Below, piece after piece: positions 43,070-52,693 of a stretch of DNA of 64,000 nucleotides. Each line of letters begins with the position of its first letter. Positions within the stretch are counted from its first letter, which is position 1. Position numbers and translations under genes: made by a program. Source of the stretch: an uncultured Alphaproteobacteria bacterium (GTDB taxonomy: Bacteria > Pseudomonadota > Alphaproteobacteria > Rs-D84 > CACZYB01); the NCBI GenBank assembly GCA_944390685.1, contig CALXQL010000005.1, positions 1,801 through 65,800 of the forward strand, read 5' to 3'. Under the pieces are notes generated by a model that saw only the letters and a program-made list of their open reading frames with translations, had not been told where the DNA came from and made no database searches.

Positions 43070-43444
43070 ATGAATATAAAAGAACATAAAATAACGATAA
43101 AACCATTTTCCAAAGGTGATGAACATATATTATATACTTTTAATAAAGAAACTAACACATTAAAGTTAGATTTAATGAAACTCTTTTTTAATATTAATGA
43201 TATAGATACTCTTACAACTCTTTCAAAGGATAATTTTTCGGTTTTTGTAACAGCTTCTTTTCTTTATGCAATTACAAATTCTTCAAATGATGAATTACAA
43301 ATATCACATTTCATTAAAGATTTATTAGAGGATACTTCATCAATTGATTTATCTAAATTAAATTTTGAAGTCATTTCATATCATAGAACATTTACAAATA
43401 ATTTTAATAAATATATTAGAGATAATTTACAAAAAACAAAATAA
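43070..43444 (+). CDS. Orphan protein (124 aa)
   Basis: RBS gga; co-oriented with the previous ORF; terminator hairpin at about 43456-43479. Confidence 0.7.
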   Translation: MNIKEHKITIKPFSKGDEHILYTFNKETNTLKLDLMKLFFNINDIDTLTTLSKDNFSVFVTASFLYAITNSSNDELQISHFIKDLLEDTSSIDLSKLNFEVISYHRTFTNNFNKYIRDNLQKTK

Positions 43445-43526
43445 TCTAATAAAGAAAGGGGTTAAATATATACCCCTTTATTTTAATAGTAGTTTGTCGC
43501 ATAATATATCTTATGTGTAAAACATA

Positions 43527-44300
43527 TTAAGGTTTTATAGAAAGAACTTCATATAAAGACTTTCCATCTTCCAATAATGATTTTGCTATATTTGTATATT
43601 CACCATCATCTTTATGCAAAATGATTTCCGGATAAATAATTGATGGAGTTTTATAACCTTTTTTTGCCTTTATAATAATCCTATTGGAAATTTCGCCTTT
43701 TTTTGAATACAAAGGAAATATTTCAATTTTCCCCATTGATAAAGATTTCAACGTAAAAATAATATCATCAATTCTATCAGCTTTATGAATTATTGCAAAA
43801 CTACCACCATTTTTAAGCCTTTTTATGGAAGATTTTATCCACATTCCCAAATCCAACCCTAATTCACTATGAGATTTTGCCTTTATTATATCAGGAGAAG
43901 AATTTCCCTTATAAAAAGGTGGATTTGTGATTACAATATCAAACTCCCTATTCTTTAAATTTTTCGTTGATTTAAAAATATTTTCCTTTAATAATGAACA
44001 CCTATTTTGAAAATCATTTAATAAAATACTTTCATTTGCAAGATTTAACATTTCGCTTTGAATATCAATCCCTAATATATTGATATTATTGAATCTTTTC
44101 AAAAGACAAAGTGAAATCCCACCCCCACCTACACCCACATCTAAAACAAAAGATTTTTTCTTTAAATCATGATTATCAATGACACTTGCCAATAAAACGG
44201 CATCACTTGAAACTTTAACACCTTTTTCAAATTGTACAATTTTAACTTTGCCATTAAGAAGAGTATCAATTTCCGTTTTCATAATCTTAAATCCTTGCAT
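43527..44300 (-). CDS. tRNA1(Val) A37 N6-methyltransferase-like SAM methyltransferase
   Basis: DAVLLA, VLDVGVGGG, TNPPF. Confidence 0.85.
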   Translation of the reverse strand: MQGFKIMKTEIDTLLNGKVKIVQFEKGVKVSSDAVLLASVIDNHDLKKKSFVLDVGVGGGGISLCLLKRFNNINILGIDIQSEMLNLANESILLNDFQNRCSLLKENIFKSTKNLKNREFDIVITNPPFYKGNSSPDIIKAKSHSELGLDLGMWIKSSIKRLKNGGSFAIIHKADRIDDIIFTLKSLSMGKIEIFPLYSKKGEISNRIIIKAKKGYKTPSIIYPEIILHKDDGEYTNIAKSLLEDGKSLYEVLSIKP

Positions 44301-44352
44301 TTATTAGAGTTATATTATATCATATAAAACATATTTTATAAAGGAGAAAAAA

Positions 44353-45261
44353 TTGAATCAAGACATTAACGAAATACAAAATCTAAATGAAGATGTTTCC
44401 ACAATTGAAGTTGAATATGAAGTTCAAGAAAATAATGATACGGAAAATATCATGATGGAAGATAACCTTTCCAACACTTCATCTACTGATAAAAATTTAA
44501 CTGAAACAAATGAAAAAAATACTACTGGTGTTGCGACTTATGTATCAATTCCTGATATAAATGACACTGCACCGAAATGTGATTATAACTTACTTACTAA
44601 TTATGATAAAGTGAATATATGGACATCATTTTTTTTCATAGTTTTTTTAATATTATTTATGAAAAGGGAAAAATTTGATAACATAATATTAAAAATAACA
44701 AAGTTCATAACAAACCATCAAATACTATTAAATTTAATATTTTTAATAACAACAATGGGGATTTTTTTATACCCAAGATTTTTCAATACCGGAATTTCTG
44801 GTGATATAAATATATTTACTATGATAGAATTTTCAATTTTCATACTTTTAAATGCAAGTTGCTTTATGTATTTAAAGATAAGAAAATTAAAAAGCAAAAA
44901 TTTTATATTAAAGGATAAGGAAGTTGATTTTGCTGGTATGTCATTTTTAAAGCGAAGTCTATGGATATTTTCCATAACTGGATTATTGTTTTTCTTTTTA
45001 ACTGAATCCAAAATTGCATTTATAATACTATATTTGTTATCAAGCCTTGCTTTAAGTTTTTCCTATATCAAACTTGATGTAAAGGGTTTGAATGCAATTA
45101 AAAACTTAAATATAATATTCCTATCATTTCAATTATTTTTAATAGGAAGCCTTCTTGGAATTTATGTATTGCTTTTAACGGGAAGCATTTTAACTGGTTA
45201 TTATTTATCAAATAAAGATAACACAAAAAAATTATATAAAATAATGAAAAGTATAATATAA
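44353..45261 (+). CDS. Polytopic membrane protein with acidic N-terminus
   Basis: RBS aaggag plus TTG start; about 6-7 hydrophobic segments. Confidence 0.7.
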   Translation: MNQDINEIQNLNEDVSTIEVEYEVQENNDTENIMMEDNLSNTSSTDKNLTETNEKNTTGVATYVSIPDINDTAPKCDYNLLTNYDKVNIWTSFFFIVFLILFMKREKFDNIILKITKFITNHQILLNLIFLITTMGIFLYPRFFNTGISGDINIFTMIEFSIFILLNASCFMYLKIRKLKSKNFILKDKEVDFAGMSFLKRSLWIFSITGLLFFFLTESKIAFIILYLLSSLALSFSYIKLDVKGLNAIKNLNIIFLSFQLFLIGSLLGIYVLLLTGSILTGYYLSNKDNTKKLYKIMKSII

Positions 45262-45275
45262 AGGAGTTTTAAAAG

Positions 45276-46871
45276 ATGCCATTTCCAAATATATCACCTA
45301 TTGCATTTGAAATATTCGGGTTAGAAGTTCGTTGGTATGCATTGGCATATATATTTGGTTTTATGATATCGGTATCCCTTATAAAGCATTTTTTACGAAC
45401 ATCTACAAATAACACTATATCATATAAGAATTTAGATGACTTATTAACCTATATGATTTTTGGAGTTATTTTGGGTGGTCGTTTAGGTTATGTAATTTTT
45501 TATAATTTAAGATATTATTTATCAAATCCATTGGAAATAATCCAACTTTGGCATGGGGGCATGTCCTTTCATGGGGGATTATTGGGAAGCATAATAGCCA
45601 CATATTTATGGAGTAAAAAGTATAAACAAAACTTTTTATACATTACGGATTTATTAAGTATTTGTGCACCAATTGGACTATTTTTTGGACGTATATCAAA
45701 CTTCATTAACGGAGAATTATACGGCCGTATAACCACCTCTTCCCTTGGAATAATATTTCCTAACACAAATGGATTGCCACGCTACCCAAGTCAACTTTTT
45801 GAAGCATTAAGCGAAGGTTTAATTTTATTTATAATATTATTTGGGTTAAGACATATAAAGACAATAAGGAATAAATACGGAATTTTATCTTTTACATTTC
45901 TTGGTGGATATGCTATTGCCCGTATTTCAATGGAAAATTTCCGCGAACCTGATGAGCAAATAGGATTCCTATTCAATTCATCATTAACAATGGGGCAACT
46001 TTTAACTATTCCAATGTTAATTATTTCTATCATAGCCATAATAAAAATATCAAAACAAAATAAAAAAGAAGATTTATTCATCACTTCCCCTCTTTTGAAT
46101 AATAATACTAAAATAATAAATAGGTTTTTTACTCGTAATGGAGGTGTTTCAAATGGCGTTTTTCAATCATCAAATTGTAAATACGAAACAAGTGATGATA
46201 AAGATAAAGTAAGAAAAAATCGTGAAATTTTGTTATCAAGTATTTCACTTGATGCTAATAAAAGTCTATTTACATTAAATCAAAACCATACAAACGAAGT
46301 TATAATAATTGATGATCCAAACGATACCCCTAATAAATATTTGGATATAAAAGCGGATGGACTCATTACAACTATACCTAATATAGCAATAGGAATCCTA
46401 ACGGCTGATTGTATTCCAGTATTGTTAATGGATGAAGAAAAAAAGGTTATAGGGGCAATTCATTGTGGTTGGCAAGGTATCCATAAAAACATAATCAAAA
46501 CTACAATTGATAAACTAAAATCATTGAATTGTGATATTAAAAATATAAAGGTTGCACTTGGTCCATGCCTTAAAAAACAATCATACGAAGTTGATATTGA
46601 TTTTATGGAGAATATTGTAAGAGAAAAAGAAACTTATAAAAATGTATTTAAAAAACTATCTAAAAAGAATAAATACCTTTTTGATTGCACAAAATATTGT
46701 GTTATGAAATTAAAGGAAGAAGGAATTAACTATATTGATATTTTAAATTTTGATACCTATAAACAAGATGATTTATTTTTTAGTTATAGACGAAGTGTAA
46801 TTACAAAAGATTTTGCAACCTCTCCAACTGATGAAGGAAGATTGTTATCAATAATAAGTATTAAGGATTAA
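45276..46871 (+). CDS. lgt: Fusion of prolipoprotein diacylglyceryl transferase Lgt and a PgeF/YfiH (laccase-domain) protein
   Basis: N-half: GGRLGYV, GGMSFHGG, GRISNFINGEL, PSQLFEA. C-half: FFTRNGGVS, QNH, ADG, TADCIPV, HCGWQG, FFSYRR. Confidence 0.92.
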   Translation: MPFPNISPIAFEIFGLEVRWYALAYIFGFMISVSLIKHFLRTSTNNTISYKNLDDLLTYMIFGVILGGRLGYVIFYNLRYYLSNPLEIIQLWHGGMSFHGGLLGSIIATYLWSKKYKQNFLYITDLLSICAPIGLFFGRISNFINGELYGRITTSSLGIIFPNTNGLPRYPSQLFEALSEGLILFIILFGLRHIKTIRNKYGILSFTFLGGYAIARISMENFREPDEQIGFLFNSSLTMGQLLTIPMLIISIIAIIKISKQNKKEDLFITSPLLNNNTKIINRFFTRNGGVSNGVFQSSNCKYETSDDKDKVRKNREILLSSISLDANKSLFTLNQNHTNEVIIIDDPNDTPNKYLDIKADGLITTIPNIAIGILTADCIPVLLMDEEKKVIGAIHCGWQGIHKNIIKTTIDKLKSLNCDIKNIKVALGPCLKKQSYEVDIDFMENIVREKETYKNVFKKLSKKNKYLFDCTKYCVMKLKEEGINYIDILNFDTYKQDDLFFSYRRSVITKDFATSPTDEGRLLSIISIKD

Positions 46872-46874
46872 AAT

Positions 46875-47534
46875 TTAAAGTTTATCCATATCTATTACGG
46901 CATTAATTTTACCAAGGAAATTATATTTTTCATATTGTTTAAAATCAAAACCTTCGCCAACAATGGTTCCAAAATTTGTATTTGCCATAATTGGTTTATC
47001 GCCTTTTACTGAATTATTATTAAGATTTACAACGGCACTATCGGTAAAAACTTCATTATTTTGATTATCAATTAAATAAATATTACCATCTAAAATTAAA
47101 TTATTATCTTTTTTAATATAGGTTCCATTATCCGATTTTAAATCAATCCAATTGGAATTTTTTAAAAATAATTTACCTGTAATTTTTGATAATAAAATTA
47201 AATTATCCACCCTATTTTCTTGAAACTTATCAACATTTAAAGAAAAAGTCATTCCATCACTTCCTTGTCCATAAAAAGCCCCCTTATCCATAGTAAATGA
47301 AATTTTATCTGAACTTTCAAGTGTTGGAATATCAATTTTAATATTTTTAATTTCATTTAATTCCGGAGCCAAAATAATAATACTTAAAAACAAAGCAACG
47401 ATTGAAGGAAGTGCAATTTTAAGCAAGAAAACTACACGACTATGAGTAGTTTTTTGCTTATAAATTTTCTTTATCGTTTTATGATAAGCCTTAACTTTTC
47501 TATGAAAAAGATTAAGATATTTCAATTTAGGCAA
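46875..47534 (-). CDS. lptC: LPS export protein LptC
   Basis: HSRVVFLLKIALP TM segment, beta-rich body, downstream of kdsD. Confidence 0.75.
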   Translation of the reverse strand: MPKLKYLNLFHRKVKAYHKTIKKIYKQKTTHSRVVFLLKIALPSIVALFLSIIILAPELNEIKNIKIDIPTLESSDKISFTMDKGAFYGQGSDGMTFSLNVDKFQENRVDNLILLSKITGKLFLKNSNWIDLKSDNGTYIKKDNNLILDGNIYLIDNQNNEVFTDSAVVNLNNNSVKGDKPIMANTNFGTIVGEGFDFKQYEKYNFLGKINAVIDMDKL

Positions 47535-48501
47535 CCCCAGCTTTTAATAAATCATGGAAACTGATGATACCAATAGGTCTATTATCATTATCAATAACGA
47601 AAAGAGCTTGTATTTTTGCCTCATTCATTAATAATAAAGCCTCTGAAGCCAAAGTATCATTAGAAATAGTTTTTGGAGATTTGGTCATAACTTCAAAAAC
47701 TTTTTTATTCATTAAATCAACACCTTCATGTAATCTTCTTCTAATATCACCATCGGTAAATATACCACAAAGCCTACCATCATCATCAATGACACCCACA
47801 CATCCAAAACGAACTTTTCTACCCATAACATCTAATACATTATCAATACTATCCACCATTTTTACAAGAGGTATTTCATTATCTTTATGCATAAGTTCAC
47901 TTACTTTTAATAAAGAAGCGCCCAATTTACCACGAGGATGCCAGTTTTTATACATATCACAAGTTAAACCTTTTTCTTGTTCTAATACATAAATTAAAGC
48001 ATTTGAAATAGAAGATAATAAAATAATTGAACTTGTAGGAGCTTTACCAATGACACAAGTTTCCAATACATCTGGTATAGTAATATTTATATCTGCACAT
48101 TTTCCTAATGTACTTTCTGGATTATTGCAAATGGCAATAAGTTTTATACCAAAACGGCGAGTGTAATCAATTACATCATTTAATTCTTTTGTTTCGCCAC
48201 TATTTGAAACAGCAATGACACAATCATTATCATCAATAATTCCCATATCACCATGGGAAGCCTCTGCACAATGAAGGAATACAGATTTTGTTCCAGTAGA
48301 AGATAATGTTGCAGCCAATCTTCTTGCCACATAACCAGATTTACCAAGACCAGTTACTACAACTTTACCTGTTAATTCACGTGTAATATAATTCACAGCA
48401 TCAATAAATCCCATTGGAAAATTTTCATACATTTGATGTAATGCTAAAATTTCCTTATTTAAAACTTCCAAAGCGGAATTAAGAATTTCTTCATTTGTCA
48501 T
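47527..48501 (-). CDS. kdsD: Arabinose-5-phosphate isomerase (KdsD/KpsF/GutQ), SIS domain plus 2 CBS
   Basis: GLGKSG, EASHGDMG, SNSGET, HPRGKLG, FTDGDIRR. Confidence 0.93.
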   Translation of the reverse strand: MTNEEILNSALEVLNKEILALHQMYENFPMGFIDAVNYITRELTGKVVVTGLGKSGYVARRLAATLSSTGTKSVFLHCAEASHGDMGIIDDNDCVIAVSNSGETKELNDVIDYTRRFGIKLIAICNNPESTLGKCADINITIPDVLETCVIGKAPTSSIILLSSISNALIYVLEQEKGLTCDMYKNWHPRGKLGASLLKVSELMHKDNEIPLVKMVDSIDNVLDVMGRKVRFGCVGVIDDDGRLCGIFTDGDIRRRLHEGVDLMNKKVFEVMTKSPKTISNDTLASEALLLMNEAKIQALFVIDNDNRPIGIISFHDLLKAGVA

Positions 48502-48509
48502 AATAAAAC

Positions 48510-49388
48510 CTATTTATTTTCAATTACAATTATTTCTATTGTATTATTTTTTGTATGTTGAGGTGTTTCATCTTCTAAAACCATAATCATAGTTTGAGAT
48601 GTAGGCACACCCTTATCTAATAATATTTTTCTTGTATTAAGAAGTCTAGAAAAAGCAACGTTTCTATTATCATTATTAACATAATATGATGTAAGTTTCA
48701 ATGTTATATCAGCATTTTTCAAAGCCCTATCAATAACACCAGATAAAATATTACTATCAATTACATCTTCTTGATTTTCATTAAAAGTAATTACAAGATC
48801 AGCTTTTACCTCATCAATTTTATTTTTCACATCAACTTTTACTTTTTCTTGAGCTTTTTCTTCCATTTCCTTGACTGAATTAGCTAATTTTTCAGCAGTT
48901 TTCAAAAGCTCTTTAGCTTCACTGATGTTTTTATCTGTTCTTGTATTATCAAAATTTTCATTTTTAATTTCATTAACCTTTTTTTCTTGTTCAATATTTT
49001 TAGATACAGGTTGAACTATATTAACCATAGGATCTTTTTTAGATAAAGGTTTTGCCTCTACAACTTTTTCACTTTTTTCTTTTTTAGGTGCGGGAGGTAA
49101 TACATCAATTACATATTTAGGTTGAGATTTTTGATATTTTGGACCACTGGTATTAAATCCCCAATTTTCTTTTGTTGGATTTTTAAGTTTTACAGGTTCC
49201 ATCAATTCCATTTTAGAAGTCTTTTTAATATTTACTTTATTTTGAGTTAAAGATATAGGTTTAAAATCTTCTTCATCATCTTGAAAAATAAAAAATTCCT
49301 CATCTAAATCAAATTTATAATTTTGAGCGGATACAGAATTTACACAAAAAATATTTAACAAAGCAAATAATAAAAAATATTTTTTCAT
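48510..49388 (-). CDS. Exported protein with degenerate OmpA-like C-terminal domain
   Basis: Signal peptide; 'RNVAFSRLLNTRKILLDKGVP...TIEI' resembles the OmpA C-terminal LS..RA..V motif. Confidence 0.6.
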   Translation of the reverse strand: MKKYFLLFALLNIFCVNSVSAQNYKFDLDEEFFIFQDDEEDFKPISLTQNKVNIKKTSKMELMEPVKLKNPTKENWGFNTSGPKYQKSQPKYVIDVLPPAPKKEKSEKVVEAKPLSKKDPMVNIVQPVSKNIEQEKKVNEIKNENFDNTRTDKNISEAKELLKTAEKLANSVKEMEEKAQEKVKVDVKNKIDEVKADLVITFNENQEDVIDSNILSGVIDRALKNADITLKLTSYYVNNDNRNVAFSRLLNTRKILLDKGVPTSQTMIMVLEDETPQHTKNNTIEIIVIENK

Positions 49389-49397
49389 AACAACCCC

Positions 49398-50186
49398 CTA
49401 TTCTTTTTCTTTTATTATAATACTTGTTAATTCGGATTGTAAATAACTATTTCCACAAATTAACAAATCGGCATCAAAAAAGTTATCTGTAATTTTACCA
49501 AACATATCATAGGCACGAACAATTCCACCAGCTTCTTTTACAATTAAGGCACCTGCTGATACTTCAAAAACACTTTTACCCTTTAAAATCATTGCATCAA
49601 TAGCCCCAGATGCCAAATACCCAAAATTTAAGGAATCAGAATTGATTATTTGTAAAGGTATAGATGTTTTAAGTTTTAAATCATGAATATCTTTTCCGGA
49701 ATAAGTGATTAAAGCATTTTTATAATCTTTTTTTGCGGATACCCTAATTCTTCTGGTCATTCTTGTTTCTGAAACGAAAGCGCCACTACCTAATTCAGCA
49801 TAAAACATTTTATCTAAAATAGGATTAAATATAACAGAAGATATGATATTTTTTTGTTCTTGAAGAGCAATTGATACAGCAAAGAAAGGAAAAGCATGAG
49901 TATAATTATCAAATCCATCAATGATATTGATGATGAATCTATGAGAAATATCACTGCCTTTGATTTCTTTTGTTGGTGTTAATATACCATATTTAGGTCT
50001 AGCCTCTAACAAAGCATCAATCAAAATCTTTTCAATTTTTGTTTTTGAAGCATTTGCGAAATTTTCACTACCATTTATAGAGGATTGAAGTTGCTCAATT
50101 TCACCAAAATCTCTTAACATAAACCTGGCAATTTTACGACAAGATATAGTCATTATATGTAAGTTTGCAGACAAATTTGTATCCAT
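49398..50186 (-). CDS. suhB: Inositol monophosphatase family protein SuhB, catalytically degenerate
   Basis: RDFGEIEQLQ, HAFPFFAVSIAL, AGALIVKEAGG; metal-binding motifs altered. Confidence 0.85.
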   Translation of the reverse strand: MDTNLSANLHIMTISCRKIARFMLRDFGEIEQLQSSINGSENFANASKTKIEKILIDALLEARPKYGILTPTKEIKGSDISHRFIINIIDGFDNYTHAFPFFAVSIALQEQKNIISSVIFNPILDKMFYAELGSGAFVSETRMTRRIRVSAKKDYKNALITYSGKDIHDLKLKTSIPLQIINSDSLNFGYLASGAIDAMILKGKSVFEVSAGALIVKEAGGIVRAYDMFGKITDNFFDADLLICGNSYLQSELTSIIIKEKE

Positions 50187-50352
50187 TTTACAACTCCTAT
50201 TTACGATATTGATAATATATACCTATAATATGTAAAAAAAATAAAAATGCAAGTATTTTCTTTAATTTATAAGAATTAGAGATAAGACACCTATTGATTT
50301 TAATAAAAAAAGGATATATCATATTAACATTTAATAATACAAGGAGAATAAT

Positions 50353-51879
50353 ATGACAACAAAAAAACCAGTAGTTTTATGTATACTTGATGGTTGGGGC
50401 TATAACCCAAATAAAGACGGAAATTCAATTGAACTTGCTAATACTCCAAATTGGCACAGAATGTTAAACGAATACCCACATGCTTTAATTGAAGCAAGTG
50501 GTGAATTTGTAGGACTTCCAGAAGGTCAAATGGGAAATTCAGAAGTGGGCCATACAAATATTGGAGCTGGTCGTGTTGTTATGCAACTTTTGGGTATGAT
50601 TGAACAATCAATAAAAAAAGATACATTAAAGGATAATGAATACCTAAAAGAATTTATATCTAATGTAAAAAATGCAAATGGTTCATGTCATATAATGGGC
50701 TTACTTTCCGATGGTGGAGTCCATGCTCACATAAATCATATAATTGCCCTTGCAAAGGCTGTTGAAACATCTGGGATTAAGGTATACCTTCATGCAATAA
50801 CCGATGGAAGAGATACCCCACCATCATCAGCAAAAAAATATATGGAAGAATTTATTGAAAAAACAAAGAATTTAAAAAATCTTGAAATTGCAACAATAAG
50901 TGGTCGTTATTATGCCATGGATAGAAATAAAACTTGGGACAGAACAAAACTTGCTTATGAAGCAATGGTTGAAGGAAAATCCATTGAAAAATATACAAAC
51001 CCACTTGATGCAATTGAAAATTCATATAAAAATGAAATCACAGACGAATTTATAGTTCCAAGTTGTAAAGAAGGTTATGATGGAATGAATAATGGTGATG
51101 GAATTTTAATTGCTAATTTCAGAGCCGATCGTGTTCGTCAAATTGCTGATGCTTTTGCAAATTCAGAATTTAATAATTTCCAAAGAGATAAAGTTGTTAA
51201 ATTTTCCTCTCTTTTAGGAATGGCGGAATATTCGGAAGAATTAAACACTTTCTATAAAACATTATTCCCAGCTGTAAGTCTTACTAATATTTTTGGTGAA
51301 GTAATTGCCAATGCCGGACTTTGCCAACTTCGTATAGCTGAAACAGAAAAATATGCACATGTTACATTTTTCTTCAATGGAGGTGAGGAAAAAACATTCC
51401 CATGTGAAGAAAGAATTTTAATTCCATCTCCATCTGTTGCCACATATGATTTAAAACCAGAAATGTCAGCTTACGAAATTACTGATAATTTAGAAAGAGT
51501 AATCAATGAAGATAAATTTGATGTGATAATAGTAAATTATGCAAATGGAGATATGGTCGGACACACAGGTATTCAAACAGCTTCACAAAAAGCAGCGGAA
51601 ACAATTGATGCTTGTATTGCAAGACTTGAAAAAGCAGTTTTAGCAAAACACGGAGCCCTTTTAATAACTGCTGATCATGGAAATGTGGAAAAAATGATTG
51701 ATGAGAATGGAAAACCATTCACTGCCCACACATCAAACCCAGTTGAAACAATTTTAATTGGATGTGATGATGTAAAAGAATTGAAAACTGGTGGAAAATT
51801 GGCGGACATTGCCCCTACTCTATTAAAAATATTGAATATAGAGCAACCAAAGGAAATGACTGGAACACCATTGTTTTAA
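50353..51879 (+). CDS. gpmI: 2,3-bisphosphoglycerate-independent phosphoglycerate mutase
   Basis: ILDGWG, QMGNSEVGH, GRYYAMDR, DMVGHTG, TADHGN. Confidence 0.98.
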   Translation: MTTKKPVVLCILDGWGYNPNKDGNSIELANTPNWHRMLNEYPHALIEASGEFVGLPEGQMGNSEVGHTNIGAGRVVMQLLGMIEQSIKKDTLKDNEYLKEFISNVKNANGSCHIMGLLSDGGVHAHINHIIALAKAVETSGIKVYLHAITDGRDTPPSSAKKYMEEFIEKTKNLKNLEIATISGRYYAMDRNKTWDRTKLAYEAMVEGKSIEKYTNPLDAIENSYKNEITDEFIVPSCKEGYDGMNNGDGILIANFRADRVRQIADAFANSEFNNFQRDKVVKFSSLLGMAEYSEELNTFYKTLFPAVSLTNIFGEVIANAGLCQLRIAETEKYAHVTFFFNGGEEKTFPCEERILIPSPSVATYDLKPEMSAYEITDNLERVINEDKFDVIIVNYANGDMVGHTGIQTASQKAAETIDACIARLEKAVLAKHGALLITADHGNVEKMIDENGKPFTAHTSNPVETILIGCDDVKELKTGGKLADIAPTLLKILNIEQPKEMTGTPLF

Positions 51880-51908
51880 AAAAAAAGCCTCTTAAATGAG
51901 GCTTTTTT
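51878..51908. terminator. Bidirectional terminator between gpmI and the HD-GYP gene
   Basis: aaaaaagcctc-ttaaat-gaggctttttt. Confidence 0.8.
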
Positions 51909-51909
51909 A

Positions 51910-52620
51910 TTACATAGCTTTTTGAACTCTTGATAATACAATTGATTCAAATTGATTTTTGTTAAATAATGAAACTATACTTTTCCAATGTTGATTTGCA
52001 ATATTAACAACATTTTCATCAAATAAAATACCTTTATTTTGATTTATATATGAAAGAACATCTTTTTCATTCCAAGCATCTTTATAACTTCTTTTGGTCA
52101 TCAAAGCGGAAATTACATCAGCCACCCTTGCCACTTTACCAAGCAAAGAAATTTGTTCACCATTTTTATTATTTGGATATCCCTTACCATCAATATTTTC
52201 ATGATGATTGGCAATGATATTGATAATTGTTGCATATAAAGCTTGTTTGAAAGTATCCATATTTTTACGGGATTTAAAAAGCTCTTTTACAATATGAACA
52301 CCTATACTTACATGATTTTTAACTACTTCAAATTCATCAGGAGTTAATTTTCTATCAAGATCTAATATTTCTTGAGAAATATATGTTTTACCAATATCAT
52401 GAAATCTATAAGCCAAGGCGACACTATCAACCCCTAACTTATTTAAAACACGTTTTGAAAAGTTATCAATAGGAAGTTTTTTATCATAATTTTCCAAAAG
52501 AATTTTTGCAATTTTTGAAACTTCTATATTATGTTTATGAAGATTAGAATTATCTTTATTTATAATAGAAAATAAAAAATTTAATTCATTATAAACATTA
52601 AAAGCGTAAAATTTTTTCAT
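51910..52620 (-). CDS. Stand-alone HD-GYP domain phosphodiesterase
   Basis: HDIGK, HHENIDGKGYP, VADVISAL..KRSYK. Confidence 0.9.
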   Translation of the reverse strand: MKKFYAFNVYNELNFLFSIINKDNSNLHKHNIEVSKIAKILLENYDKKLPIDNFSKRVLNKLGVDSVALAYRFHDIGKTYISQEILDLDRKLTPDEFEVVKNHVSIGVHIVKELFKSRKNMDTFKQALYATIINIIANHHENIDGKGYPNNKNGEQISLLGKVARVADVISALMTKRSYKDAWNEKDVLSYINQNKGILFDENVVNIANQHWKSIVSLFNKNQFESIVLSRVQKAM

Positions 52621-52693
52621 CTCTCTCCTTATTCTTTTATAATTTAATTATATCATAAAAATAAGAATCAAACAAGAAGAAAATCTTAAAAAT

